Below are positions 37,638-56,759 of a stretch of DNA of 64,000 nt, piece by piece. This DNA is from Octopus vulgaris. Its lineage: Eukaryota. Within the stretch, counting starts at the first letter, position 1. Each line of letters begins with the position of its first letter. Under the pieces are notes generated by a model. It searched no databases, was not told the DNA's origin, and saw nothing but the letters and a program-made list of their open reading frames with translations. Both the position numbers and the translations under genes were made by a program. The DNA lies in NCBI GenBank assembly GCA_951406725.2, contig OX597824.1, positions 48,050,001-48,114,000 on the forward strand, read 5' to 3'.

Positions 37638-40559
37638 TTGTGCATTTAAAATATATAAGTAAATTAATGTTTTTTTTTCTAAACCATACCATTCTTCAAC
37701 AAAAAAACATTGATACAATGTTGATAAATCTCTACACAAATTCCAGTTAGAATCACTTAGATTGCAGATGTGTACAAATAACTCTGAAACAGCTTTATTT
37801 TCTACAAGTTGAAACTTTCTTTCTCTACGTAAATAATAAGATAGATAATAAATCCTTAATAAACAACATCACCTTAATAAACAACATCACCAAATCCTTA
37901 TTCTGCCATGATGATTGAAAATTGAAAAAGAAAATTATCCAAAGAAATTTTTTTGATAAACTGGGGAAAAAACAAAACAAAACATGGTGTAAATTGGAAG
38001 TCTTTTGAGAGGAATTTTTTCTAAAAGGAGGCTTAACTTTATTTCTTGCAAAGAAGAGTGCTTAGTTCTTTGAATTGTGGTTATGTGTGGCTCAGAACTC
38101 AGTGACAGTTGTACTTATTTGTAATACAAGACTTTAACTTAAAGATAACCTGGTGTGTTCTAACACACAATGTGACAAGACTATTCATTATAGCACTTCT
38201 TCACAACATTAGTAACCTACTTGCATGCTAGCTATGTAAATCTGATATTTTGGCTGATTGTCAGGTTTAAACATTAATTTATCAGCAAAGTCTAAAGTAA
38301 CTCAACAGACTCAAATCAGTATAAGTATGTACACATCTGCTTATATTATGTTAACATACCCAGTTATGTTGTGAACAACCCCAAAGCTGATTTCATATGT
38401 CTGTTCACACAAAACTGGCAATAGTTGAAGTACAGGACTATAATCACATGAGATCACATTGTCCTGAGTTCCTTTTTGCAGTTTATGAGTAAGACAATCT
38501 TGAGTAAGACACTTAATCTCCATTAATCTAGAGGGAGAATAGATATCAGGTTCTCTGAGAAAATTTACAAGCAATACCACAGCACCGTATCTGGCAGGAT
38601 ATAACATAAAAATAATGACTAAAAGCAAAAAGGCTGCTCATAGCTTACAGAGCAAACAACTAAAAGACTGATGCTTACTGGTTGTAAATAGAAACAGTGG
38701 GTTATTTTTAATGAAAATAAAAGCCAGCTTTAAATTAGTCACTCTTAATTTAAAACTATTTGCACAAGATCTACATTGCAAATTCTATTAAAAACATTTA
38801 CTCTTAGTTCTCCAGCTTGCTGCTACAGAGTTCTACATTTTTACAATCTCATAATTACATCATTGCACTCCTTATAGCAAACCAACTTAGTGAATTCTTC
38901 TATAATCTTACACTTACAGAACAAACTTACTTAAATAAAAACAAAAATGCTTTCAAAACTAAACACAATGAAATTCCAACTCAACATAGGAACAGGCAAG
39001 ACAACAGCACACAAGGAAATTAACAGGAATAAGGGATGTGCACGCCCAACATCATCCCTTACCACCACGTGTCCACTCAATGTCCATTTCTCCTGAACAC
39101 CCTTTCATCTGTGCCATCAATTCTCCTTTTTGTAACTCACTATATCCTCTCCTATGTATATGTAGCCTCTGTCTCTGACACTGTGTATCTTCCATCTCCC
39201 TCTCACTTCATATCTTTTACCAACCCACTCAGCTGCCCTTGATTCTCAGCCCCTATTCTCTATTCAACTTCTTGTACTTTGAAGACACACCCTCGTATCT
39301 CATCTCTACTATCTTTTCTCCCTTTTCTGTTGGGATACCCTTTTCTACTTTAGCCTCTCTACACCTGGAACAAAGCCACCTCCCTCAGTTTTGCACCCCA
39401 CTCAGTGAGTCTAGTCTTGTGAATTACTTGGTACTCCCATTAGTGCTGGTACTATGTAAAAAGCACAGGGTACAATCTGTAAAGTGGTTTGCATTGGAAG
39501 GGCATCCAGCTGTAGAAACTTTTTCAAAGCAGACACTAAAGACCAACACAACTTTCAGTCAGGCCCAGTTGAACCATTCAACTCACAGCAGTATAGAATA
39601 CAGATGTTAAAGGAGGATGATGATAATGATGACAAAATCAAAATATAATGAAAACTGAATAGGAGAAATAAACTCACAATGGATAGTATCTATCAAGGAA
39701 GACTCATAGATACAAAGAAACAAATCAACAATGAAGCATTAGACTTAGCTGCAATATTGAAGATAAGAGGTGAAAGCTGTGCTACAGAATTGATTTCTAT
39801 ATGCATGTGATATGGCAAAACAAAAAAAAAAAAACATTTTAAAGGATGAAGAGAATGAAATCATGTCAAGTATGTGAATTTTAACTATTGATGGAAATAT
39901 AAATTTATTAGAAAATACTGAGGTACTTAGAAATTTAAACAATCAAGAAAAGTTACAATTACAAAAATCATTTAGAAAAAGATTGCCTGACAGTACTATG
40001 GGTTACAACTGTTATCAGAATGGATAATACAGGTCAACTGACTGATGTGGTAATAAAAAATCCTAAACTATAAACAACAAATCAATGTGTTCTCTCTAAA
40101 TGTTGAGACACAGATTGTCTGTCTGTCTGTCTGTCTATCTATATAGATCTATCAGTATATGTGTGAGTACATGTGTTGCTGTCTCCTAGCCATGACATCA
40201 CGTGATAATTGTTGTAAACAAATGTTACAATCATGCAAGCTTGGAAGAATAGACATTAAAATAATGATGATATATAAATATTTATATATATAGGTATGCA
40301 TGTATGTATAGACACATGTCCACCAAATAGATATCAAAAACACAAATATGCAAATAAAGCTATCCACTTCAGTAGGAGTTTTATTTATGTTTATTCTAGA
40401 TAGCCACTGAATGTACTATACTTCTTGGATAAAAAGGGAAAGTGGGCATATATTTTCTGAGGAGGGTCAAGAAACTGCGAAATGATCTGTCAGGAGACCA
40501 CTCTTTTTTCTGCCCAACAAAAGCACACATGGAATGTATTTGTATTCATATATATATTA

Positions 40560-40752
40560 TTCTTTTTATCTGTTTGTCATTTGACTGCAGCCATGCTGGA
40601 GCACCACCTTTTAGTCGAAGAAATCGACCCCAGGACTTATTCTTTGTAAGCCTAGCACTTATTCTATTGGTCTCTTTTGTTGAATTGCTAAATTACAGGG
40701 ATGTAAACACACCAACATTGGTTGTCAAGTGATGGTGGAGGGGCAAACACAG

Positions 40753-40785
<33 letters not shown>

Positions 40786-40952
40786 CACATGGCAGGCTTC
40801 TTTCAGTTTCTATCTACAAAATCCAACCACAAGGCTTTGGTTAGCTTGAGGCTATAGTAGAAGACACTTGCCCAAAGTGCCATGCAGTGGGACTGAACCT
40901 GGAACTATGTGGTTGGTAAGCAATCTATTTACCACACAGCCACTTCTGTACC
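40560..40952 (-). mobile_element. Family-A SINE, CpG-decayed
   Basis: Colinear with 36801-37191. Confidence 0.9.
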
Positions 40953-41137
40953 TAACAGTTTGATTCAGCTACAAGCAACTTGAAGTTTCATACATATACG
41001 CACACACACATATATATGGGATTTAAGGCAAACTGTCTTGCTAGTCAATGATTTTTGGGTGTTTCAATACCTAATGCTATGAGGGAGTTGTTCCCATAGT
41101 GCTAAACTGCCATACACTAAGTACGTGCGGTCAATAA

Positions 41138-41185
<48 letters not shown>

Positions 41186-41378
41186 CACACACATACACAC
41201 ATATACATATATATATATACATATACATACATATACATATACACACATACACACACACACATACATATACATACACACATACATACATATATATATATAT
41301 ATATACACATGTGTGCATACATACATACTCATACACACACACACACTTACACATACATATATACACACACTTACACAC

Positions 41379-41409
<31 letters not shown>

Positions 41410-41417
41410 CACACATT

Positions 41418-41458
<41 letters not shown>

Positions 41459-41855
41459 ACACATGCACACACATATATATACATATACACACCTACTCAC
41501 ACACACACATATATATACATACACACACACATGCATATATACATACATATATATATATATACACATGTGTGTATACATACATACATACACACACACACAC
41601 ATACACATACACACATATATATATATATACATATATATATACACGTATATACACATAAGTACATACATGCATAAATGTATACATATTTCTATAGAGGTGC
41701 ATACACATACATACACTCACGCGCCACCTTATATACATAAATACATACATGCATACAAACGCATACTCAAGTAATAAATAAGTAATAAGTAATAAATAAT
41801 AAGTATATATACATACAGTTACCCTTTATACAGACGGAAACATTCATATAAACAT

Positions 41856-41926
<71 letters not shown>

Positions 41927-41967
41927 TATATATACATATATGTATATATACATACATACACACATAT

Positions 41968-41998
<31 letters not shown>

Positions 41999-42078
41999 CA
42001 TATATACACCTATCTACATATATGCACATACGTATAACTCTACATACCTACATATACATATATATATATACATACACA

Positions 42079-42119
<41 letters not shown>

Positions 42120-42331
42120 GGCCGATGCCAGACCCCTCTGGCACCTGTGCAGGTGGCACGTAAAAAGCACCCACTACACTCGCGGAGTGGTTGGCGTTAG
42201 GAAGGGCATCCAGCTGTAGAAACACTGCCAGACTAGACTGGAGCCTGGGGCAGTCCCGAGCTCCCCAGACCCCGGTCGAAACCGTCCAACCCGTGCTAGC
42301 GCGGAAAACGGACGTTAAACGATGATGATGA
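42120..42331 (+). mobile_element. RTE 3'-tail-only insertion
   Basis: Matches the end of the RTE 3' UTR (48930-49150) and ends GGACGTTAAAC(GAT)n; flanked by (TA)n. Confidence 0.88.
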
Positions 42332-42349
42332 TATATATATATATATATA

Positions 42350-43691
<1,342 letters not shown>

Positions 43692-43827
43692 CATATATAT
43701 ACATATACATATATATACATATATATATACATATATATATATATATACATATATATACATATATATATACATATATATATATACATATATATACATATAT
43801 ATAATATATATATATACATATATATAC

Positions 43828-44166
<339 letters not shown>

Positions 44167-44167
44167 C

Positions 44168-44278
<111 letters not shown>

Positions 44279-44335
44279 CATACATATACATATACATATA
44301 TACATATATATATACATATACATATATATATACAC

Positions 44336-44526
<191 letters not shown>

Positions 44527-44527
44527 T

Positions 44528-44672
44528 AATGAGATAGGGGTTGAAAATTCAACCCACCATGGGATAATATATATCCAATATACTGCCAGATAGGTACCCA
44601 ACAAGATTAATACATAGATGTTAAAAATTGTCAAACAATCAGTTCATCTATTGTATTATATGGGTTAATTTT
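44528..44672. repeat. Short hairpin-bearing element inside (TA)n (copy 1)
   Basis: Shares ~56 identical bp (AATGAGATAGGGGTTGAAAATTCAACCCACCATGGGATAATATATATCCAATATACT) with 58385-58442. Confidence 0.8.
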
Positions 44673-44737
44673 GTATATACATATATATATATATATACAT
44701 ATATATATACATACATATATATATACATACATATATA

Positions 44738-44828
44738 CGGCAAACTGGACTTGGAGAGGGTAGCAACAAGGGCGGTGCCCCAGCATGGCCTCAGCCGGAT
44801 GACTGAAACAAGTAAAAGAATAAAAGAG
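44738..44828 (+). mobile_element. Tail-only (~90 bp) copy of the 60682-62213 LINE family
   Basis: Near-identical to 62119-62213. Confidence 0.9.
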
Positions 44829-45249
44829 TATATATATACATATATATATATATATACATATATATATACATACATATATATATATATACATATATATATA
44901 CATACATATATATATATATACATATATATATACATACATACATATATACATACATATATATATATACATATATATATACATACATATATATATACATACA
45001 TACATATATATATACATACATATATATATACATACATATATATATACATATATATATATACATACATACATACATACATATATACATACATACATACATA
45101 TATACATACATACATATATATATACATACATATATATATACATACATATATATATACATACATATATATATACATACATATATATATACATACATATATA
45201 TATACATACATATATATATACATACATATATATATACATACATATATAT

Positions 45250-45296
<47 letters not shown>

Positions 45297-46376
45297 AAAT
45301 TATACAATAATAATAATATATATATGCATTTAAAATGTATATATAATTGACATATATCATGTATATGTGTATAAAATATATAATATATTTATTATACCTA
45401 ACATATATATAATGTATATTAGCAGAATAGCTGGCATTGCCCAGGTTGTGGACACTGGCAATTGTTAATGTCTCAATGCAATTTACTTAGATATAGTAAA
45501 GCTTATGGATAAACCATAAGTAGAATACCAGTACTGACCTTGTGAGTGGATTTGGTAGACAGAAACCGAGAGAGGTCAGTGTGTGTGTGCATGTGCATTT
45601 GTGCGAGAGGATGAGTGCCTATGAGCAAGTGTGCATAAGTATTAATTCATAAGTATGTCTATATATACAAATATCCCATGTATAATTATATAAATGTATG
45701 CATTTGTATATCTTTGTTCACATAGACTTGTATAAGATTGGCTGGTTGAATGAATGACTACCTTGAGTTTCTGTCTTTGCACCACCCTCTACTACTTGTC
45801 AAATTTCAGTGTTTCTCTATCATTCTGCACTTTCAAGTAAATACACTTGCAGCTTTCCTGCAACATTGATCATATATAAGTCTAGCTTAATTTTCTAAGT
45901 GTTTCAAAATACACATGTATTATGTACATACACTGGCATCATTTAGACATGTAGATGCATCATATCTCTCCTAGATGGCTATACCACAGCTGTTTATGAA
46001 CAAATGATAGATGCTACATACTTCCTCAATAGGAATCAAAAATGTTTTTAAGCATCCACCTTGTGATACAGAATGAATGTTGATTGTGACAGAATGGTAG
46101 ATATCACACACATCAGCAGCAGCTGTCCAAAAATTGACGTCAAAAATGGATAGAAGGAGGAAGTAAAAATAGGTAGGGGACTGTATGTTTGCTGTATGTA
46201 TGGAGACGTGCAGGTGTGCGCTTGTGTTAATGAGTGTGAGTGTTTGCGTGTGTGTATATAACTGCATTTGTATCTGTGTGTGTATATATACAAATATATA
46301 TACATACATATATATATATATATACACATATATAAATATATACATATATATATATACACATATATATATATACACA

Positions 46377-46408
<32 letters not shown>

Positions 46409-46445
46409 CATATATATACATATATATATATATACACATATACAC

Positions 46446-46598
<153 letters not shown>

Positions 46599-46675
46599 CA
46601 TATATATATATACATACATATATATACATATATGCATATATATATATACATATATATATATACTATGCTGTCATA

Positions 46676-46707
<32 letters not shown>

Positions 46708-46900
46708 CATATATTTATACATATATATATATACTATGCTGTCATATATACATATATATATATATACATATATATATACGTATATATATATATATACGTA
46801 TATATATATATACATACGTATATATATATATGTATATATATACATATATATATACGTTTTATATATATACATATATATATACGTATATATATACATATAT

Positions 46901-46931
<31 letters not shown>

Positions 46932-47090
46932 CATACGTGTATATATATATATATATACATACGTATATATATATATATATATATATACGTATATATATAT
47001 ACATATACATATATATATATACGTATATATATATACATATATATATACGTATATATATATACATATATATATAGTATATATATATACGTA

Positions 47091-47170
<80 letters not shown>

Positions 47171-47315
47171 TATATACGTATATATATATATATACATATA
47201 TATATACGTATATATATATAAATATACTATATATATATTATATATATATATACGTATATATATATATATATACATATATATACGTATATATATATAAATA
47301 TACATATATATATAC

Positions 47316-47572
<257 letters not shown>

Positions 47573-47646
47573 GTATATATATATATATACATATATATAT
47601 ACGTATATATATATACATATATATATACGTATATATATATATATAC

Positions 47647-47698
<52 letters not shown>

Positions 47699-47700
<2 letters not shown>

Positions 47701-49150
47701 GAAGGTAGACAATCCACAAATGTCTTCAGGAAGATGGCCCTGCTCGATCTGTAGAAAAGGTGTAGGTAGAAACTCTATAAGATGTACCCAGTGTAAGCTA
47801 TGGACACATAAGAGGTGCAGCAATGTCAAAGGTAGGCTAACTGGGAAGATAGTTTTTGTATGTGGCAGATGCTCGGGAGCATTAACCTCCGAAAATCTGC
47901 AGAAAACAACTTCCGTCACTTTCCAGGGGGAAAAACTAGAAGTAGTTGATAGCTTCCGTTATCTAGGTGACCAAGTCAGTAGTGGGGGTGGGTGTGCTGA
48001 AAGTGTAACTGCTAGAATAAGAATAGCCTGGGCAAAGTTTAGGGAGCTCTTACCTCTGCTGGTGACTAAAGGCCTCTCGCTCAGAGTAAAAGGCAGGCTG
48101 TATGATGCGTGTGTACGAATAGCCATGCTACATGGCAGTGAAACATGGGCCGTGACTGCTGAGGACATGCGTAAGCTCGTGAGGAATGAAGCCAATATGC
48201 TCCGATGGATGTGTAATGTCAGTGTACATACTCGACAGAGCGTTAGCACCTTGAGAGAAATGTTGTACCTAAGAAGCATCAGTTGTGGTGTGCAAGAGAG
48301 ACGATTGCGCTGGTATGGTCATGTGGCGAGAATGGATGAAGATAGGTGTGTGAGAAAGTGCCAATCCCTAGTAGTTGAGGGAACCCGTGGAAGAGGTAGA
48401 CCCAGGAAAACCTGGGACGAGGTGGTGAAGCACGACCTTCGAACGTTAGGCCTCACTGAGGAAGTGACCAGCGACTGAGACCTTTGGAAATATTCTGTAC
48501 GTGAGAAGACCAGGCAGGACAAGTGAGCCCAGCCCACTTATGAATGCCTTTCCTCCCTTGGACACAAAGACCTGTTGAGGCAAGCGAAGTCGATATAGAA
48601 CCTCATCCGACGACAGACACCCATGCCAAACCCCTCTGCTTGCGAAGACATGTTGGGGCAAGCGAAATCGAAACCGAATTGAACCAGCCAGGATCCCTGG
48701 TCTGGTGGTACGTAAAAAGCACTATCCGACTCGTGGCCGATGCCAGCGCCGCTTCGACTGGCTTCCGTGCCGGTGGCACGTAAATACTCCAATGCGACCG
48801 TACGACAGGCACCCATGCCAACCCCCTTTGCTTGTGAAGACATGTTGGGGCAAGCGAAATCAAAATCGAAATCGAATTGAACCAGCAAGGATCCCTGGTC
48901 TGGTGGTACGTAAAAAGCACTATCCGACCGTGGCCGTTGCCAGCCTCGGCTGGCACATGTGCAGATGGCACGTAAAAAGCACCCACTACACTCACGGAGT
49001 GGTTGGCGTTAGGAAGGGCATCCAGCTGTAGAAACATTGCCAGATTAGCCTGGAGCCTGGTGCAGCCTTCTGGCTTCCCAGAACCCCGGTCGAACCGTCC
49101 AACCCATGCTAGCATGGAGAACGGACGTTAAACGATGATAATGATGATGA
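47699..49150 (+). mobile_element. 5'-truncated RTE-clade LINE: ORF2 C-terminus plus 3' UTR with tandem duplication and (GAT)n tail
   Basis: [39 protein letters not shown] and [10 protein letters not shown] motifs. Duplicated UTR unit at ~48620-48760 and ~48810-48950. Confidence 0.95.
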
Positions 49151-49353
49151 TACATATATACATATATATATATATATACATATGTATATATATGCATAAA
49201 TATATACGTATATATATATACATAAATATATATATACATACATATATACGTATATATATACATATATATATATATACATATATATATACACATATATATA
49301 TATACATATATATATATACACATATATATATATACACATATATATATATACAC

Positions 49354-49398
<45 letters not shown>

Positions 49399-49706
49399 TA
49401 TATACATATATACGTATATATATATACATATATATACATATATATACATAAAGATACATATACATACATATATATAAATATACATACATATATATACATA
49501 TACATATATATACATATAGATACATATAGATACATATACATACATATATATAAATATACATACATATATATACATATAGATACATATATATACATATAGA
49601 TACATATACATATATATACATATATATATATACATATATATATATACATATACATATATATATATACATATATATATGTATATATATATATATATATATA
49701 TACATA

Positions 49707-49828
<122 letters not shown>

Positions 49829-49846
49829 TATGTATATATATATATG

Positions 49847-49900
<54 letters not shown>

Positions 49901-49985
49901 TATATACATATATATATATACATATATATATACATATATATATATATACATATATATATACATATATATATATACAAATATACGT

Positions 49986-50136
49986 ATCATCATCATCATC
50001 ATCGTCGTTTAACGTCCGTTCTCCATGCTAGCATGGGTTGGACGGTTCGACCGGGGTTCTGGGAAGCCAGAAGGCTGCACCAGGCTCCAGTCTAATCTGG
50101 CAATGTTTCTACAGCTGGATGCCCTTCCTAACGCCA
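49986..50136 (-). mobile_element. RTE 3'-tail-only copy, inverted relative to 47699-49150
   Basis: Near-identical reverse complement of 49003-49150. Confidence 0.92.
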
Positions 50137-50183
50137 ATATATATATATATATACGTATATATATATATATATATACATATATA

Positions 50184-50688
50184 TCTATATATATAAAACT
50201 CTAGTTGTGTGAGTGTCTGTCCCCTTCGATTTACATTCCTAACTCCTCCCACATTTTGCGGTGCAGTTTAACCAAATTTGGGTATCTTATAGTCGTGATT
50301 AATATCGAGCCCGTCTGACTATTAGCGCGCGTCAACGATGAGTCTACGATTTTAAAAATAATTTAACATCATTTTTTATTCCATTTTAATGCATAAGATG
50401 CATCGTGTGTCGATGGCGGTGGAGTTGGCGTCCACGCTCACAGCTGCACCTGTTTGCTTCTCCCCCTTCACTCCCTCGTGAAGCTGTGGGGAAGGGAGTG
50501 TAAAGAAATCAACGTCGTAATGCGTTGTGAAGGAAACCAGCGTTCTTTTAGAACAAGGACTTCATGGCTTGAAGACACCAAAACAAAAATGGCTAAGAAA
50601 GCCCGAATTTATAAGGGAAGTAACTCTCTAAAAATGCTTATATAGTTATTTCCCTTACAAACCCGAGCAACGCCGGGCGATACTGCTA

Positions 50689-50689
<1 letters not shown>
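50184..50689 (+). mobile_element. Non-autonomous Helitron-type element
   Basis: 5' TC(TA)nAAA, 3' GC-rich hairpin CCCGAGCAACGCCGGG followed by CTAG, inserted between A and T, no TIR or TSD. Confidence 0.82.
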
Positions 50690-50724
<35 letters not shown>

Positions 50725-50729
<5 letters not shown>

Positions 50730-51247
50730 TACCGCAGCTCATTAACTGCCCCACTGATCTTATGTTACCTCCTGTTTAGAATCTGGCACTGCCTCAATCC
50801 GACCATCTCCTTCCAGTCCCCCTCCCTGTCTCGTGATATCCTACGTTTTATTTCTTCTGCACCAACCCTTTCCTTGTCATCGTTCCTCCTTACCCAACCT
50901 TCCCCACTGGTGCTTCCCTTTATTACCTGCACCCCCCACTATCTCTCCCTCTCTTTCCACTGGTGGAACCTTTCTCAGCTAGACCCCCCCCAACTCAACT
51001 CTAGAAAAAGCTCGAACCGATCGTGACCGATGCCGGACCCCCCGGCCCCTGTGCAGGTGGCACGTAAAAAGCACCCAATCCACTCGCGGAGTGGTTGGCG
51101 TTAGGAAGGGCATCCAGCCGTAGAAACTCTGCCAGATCAGACTGGAGCCTGGAGAGGCCTCTGGCTTCCTAGACCCCGGTCAAACCGTCCAACCCGTGCT
51201 AGCGCGGAAAACGGACGTTAAACGATGATGATGATGATGATGATGAT
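50725..51247 (+). mobile_element. RTE-type 3' UTR variant with C/T-rich segment and (GAT)n tail
   Basis: The 3' ~220 bp match 42120-42331. Older analogues with C/T-rich bodies at ~12460-12830 and ~39030-39630. Confidence 0.8.
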
Positions 51248-51273
51248 ATATATATACACACACACATATATAT

Positions 51274-51399
<126 letters not shown>

Positions 51400-51622
51400 T
51401 ATATATATACACACATATATATATACATATATATATATATAAACACATATATACATATACATACATACATATATATACATATATACACATATATATACAT
51501 ATATACACATATATACACATATATACATATATACACATATATACACATATATATACATATATATACATATACATATATATACATATATATACATATATAT
51601 ACATATATATACATATACATAC

Positions 51623-51663
<41 letters not shown>

Positions 51664-51676
51664 TATATATATATAT

Positions 51677-51735
<59 letters not shown>

Positions 51736-51828
51736 CACACATATATATATACATATATATATATACACATACACACATATATATATACATATATATACAT
51801 ATACATATATATACATATATATATATAC

Positions 51829-51871
<43 letters not shown>

Positions 51872-52160
51872 TATACATATATATATATACATATATATAC
51901 ATATATATATATATACATATATATATATACATATATATACATATATATATATACATATATATACATATACATATATATACATATACATATATATACATAT
52001 ATATACACATATATACATATATATACATATACATATATATACATATATATATATATACATATATATACATATACATATATATACATATACATACATATAT
52101 ACATGTATATACATATATATATACATATATATACATATATATATATATACATATATATAC

Positions 52161-52191
<31 letters not shown>

Positions 52192-52324
52192 CATATATAT
52201 ACATATATATATATATATATACATATATATACATATATATACATATACATACATATATATACATATATATACATATACATACATATACATATATATACAT
52301 ATATATACATATACATATATATAC

Positions 52325-52381
<57 letters not shown>

Positions 52382-52618
52382 TATACATATATATAAATAT
52401 ACATATATATACATATACATATATATATATATACATATATATATATACATATATATACATATACATATATATATATACATATATATACATATATATACAT
52501 ATACATATATATATATACATATATATATATACATATATATACATATATATATATATACATATATATACATATACATATATATATATATATATACATATAT
52601 ATACATATATATATATAC

Positions 52619-52649
<31 letters not shown>

Positions 52650-52714
52650 CATATATATACATATATATATATACATATATATACATATATATATATATAT
52701 ATACATATATATAC

Positions 52715-52747
<33 letters not shown>

Positions 52748-52896
52748 CATATATATACATATATATATGTATATACATATATATATACATACATATATAT
52801 ATACATATATATACATATATATACATATATATATATACATATATATACATATATATATGTATATACATATATATATATACATACATATATATATAC

Positions 52897-52941
<45 letters not shown>

Positions 52942-53222
52942 CATATATATACACATATATATATATATATATACATATATATACATATATATATATACAT
53001 ATATATACACATATATATATATATACACATATATATATATATACATATATATATACATATATATATATATACATATATATACATATATATACACATATGT
53101 ATACATATATATACACATATGTATACATATATATACACATATATATATATATATACATATATATACATATATATATACATATATATAAATATACATATAT
53201 ATATATATACATATAAATATAC

Positions 53223-53253
<31 letters not shown>

Positions 53254-53271
53254 TATACATATATATATATA

Positions 53272-53654
53272 CTAGCAGTATCGCCCGGCGTTGCTCAGGT
53301 TTGTAAGGGAAATAACTATAAAGCATTTTTAGAGAGTTATAGCCAAAAAATAGCAAAAGAATGGAAAAAAAATGCTGGTAAATTTTTTTGAGAGTTAAAA
53401 AAAGGTAGAGTTGCGTCCCCTAGACGGTCTGTGGTTTTGGTTTCTAATTCTCGACCCCATGTCGAATTTATCGATTTTTTTCAGAACTGGGGGAACTTTT
53501 CAAAATTTTTGCTGCGTTAGATTTGAATTATGACATTGGGCTATGTGTGTGTCAAGTTTCATCAGAATCGGTTGAAAGCCGTGGTCAGAGTGAGGTACGA
53601 GAAAACAGACACACAGAAAACGCACAGACAAACTGCCGTTTATATAGAGAGAGA
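53272..53654 (-). mobile_element. Second non-autonomous Helitron-type element (same 3' end, different body)
   Basis: Reverse-strand 3' hairpin and CTAG share ~70 bp with 50620-50689; 5' end TCTCTCTCTATATAAA. Confidence 0.8.
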
Positions 53655-53671
53655 TATATATATATACATAT

Positions 53672-53793
<122 letters not shown>

Positions 53794-53808
53794 CATATAT
53801 ATACATAT

Positions 53809-53880
<72 letters not shown>

Positions 53881-53895
53881 CATATATATACATAC

Positions 53896-53942
<47 letters not shown>

Positions 53943-54108
53943 TATAAATATACATATATATATATACATATATATAAATATATATATATACATATATATA
54001 TATATACATATATATAAATATACATATATATACATATATATATATATACATATATATATACATATATATACATATACATATACATATATATATACATATA
54101 TATACATA

Positions 54109-54139
<31 letters not shown>

Positions 54140-54305
54140 ATATACATATATATAAATATACATATATATAAATATACATATATATATACATATATATATA
54201 CATATACATATACATATATATACATATATACATATATATATATACATATATACATACATATATATATACATATATATATATACATATATATACATATATA
54301 TATAT

Positions 54306-54362
<57 letters not shown>

Positions 54363-54417
54363 TATACACATATATATATATATACATATATATATACATA
54401 TATATACACATATATAT

Positions 54418-54545
<128 letters not shown>

Positions 54546-54590
54546 CATATATATACATATATATATATACATATATATACATATATATGC

Positions 54591-54658
<68 letters not shown>

Positions 54659-54690
54659 GCATATATATACATATACATATATATATATGC

Positions 54691-54753
<63 letters not shown>

Positions 54754-54788
54754 CATATATATACATATATATATATACATATATATAC

Positions 54789-54881
<93 letters not shown>

Positions 54882-54910
54882 TATAAATATACATATATAT
54901 ATATATATAC

Positions 54911-54955
<45 letters not shown>

Positions 54956-54970
54956 CATATATATATATAT

Positions 54971-55163
<193 letters not shown>

Positions 55164-55256
55164 CATATATATATACATATATATATATACATATATATAT
55201 ACATATATATATACATATACATATATATATACATATATATATACATATACATATAC

Positions 55257-55287
<31 letters not shown>

Positions 55288-55543
55288 CATACATATATAT
55301 ATACATATATACATACATATATATATACATATATATACATATATATATATATACATATATATATACATATATATACATATATATATATATACATACATAT
55401 ATATATACATATATACATACATATATATATACATATAGATACATATATATATACATATATACATATATATATATATATACACATATATACATATATATAC
55501 ATATATATATATATACATATATATACACATTATATATATATAC

Positions 55544-55614
<71 letters not shown>

Positions 55615-56061
55615 CATATATATACATATATATATACATATATATATACATATATATAAAGATACATATATATATACATATATATAAATATACATATATA
55701 TATACATATATATAAATATACATATATATATATATATATAAATATACATATATATAAATATACATATATATATACATATATATAAATATACATATATATA
55801 TATATATATAAATATACATATACATATATATACATATAAATATACATATATATACATATATATATACATATATATATATATATACATATATATACATATA
55901 TATATACATATATATATATACATATATATATATATATGTACATATATATATATACATATATATATATACATATATATACATATATATACATATATATATA
56001 TACATATATATAAATATATACATATATATACATATATATACATATATATACATATATATAG

Positions 56062-56092
<31 letters not shown>

Positions 56093-56439
56093 CATATATA
56101 TAAATATACATATATATAGATATATATATATAAATATACATATATATATACATATATATAAATATACATATATATATATATATACATATATATATACATA
56201 TATATATACATATATATAAATATACATATATATAAATATACATATATATAAATATACATATATATATACATATACATATATACATATACATATACATACA
56301 TATATATACATATATATATATACATATATATATATACATATATACATATATATAAATATTTACATATATATAAATATTTACATATATATATATATACATA
56401 TATATATATACATATATATATACATATATATATATACAC

Positions 56440-56472
<33 letters not shown>

Positions 56473-56483
56473 CATATATATAC

Positions 56484-56530
<47 letters not shown>

Positions 56531-56573
56531 TACATATACATATATATACACATATATATATATATATATATAT

Positions 56574-56759
56574 GTAGTTCCGGGTTGATTCGGGGTTAAC
56601 CACAGTAAGTAAGGTACTCAATACATAGCAGAGTAAAATTAATTTATTATATAGAAGGAGCTTCTACAGGACTAGTACTGTTTCATTCAAGAGAAATGTT
56701 CAGAAGATTTCTCTTGAATGAAACAGTACTAATCCTGTAAAGCTCCTTCTATATAATAA

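Noticed and set aside
37175-37662. GC-rich ORFs of 111-156 aa, or a functional rRNA gene
   Set aside because: The sequence is an isolated ~450-bp 28S fragment with substitutions in conserved blocks; the ORFs are spurious.
37690-37731. 42-nt phase 1-1 open segment
   Set aside because: Weak polypyrimidine tract and an intron-like T-rich, hydrophobic translation; likely chance.
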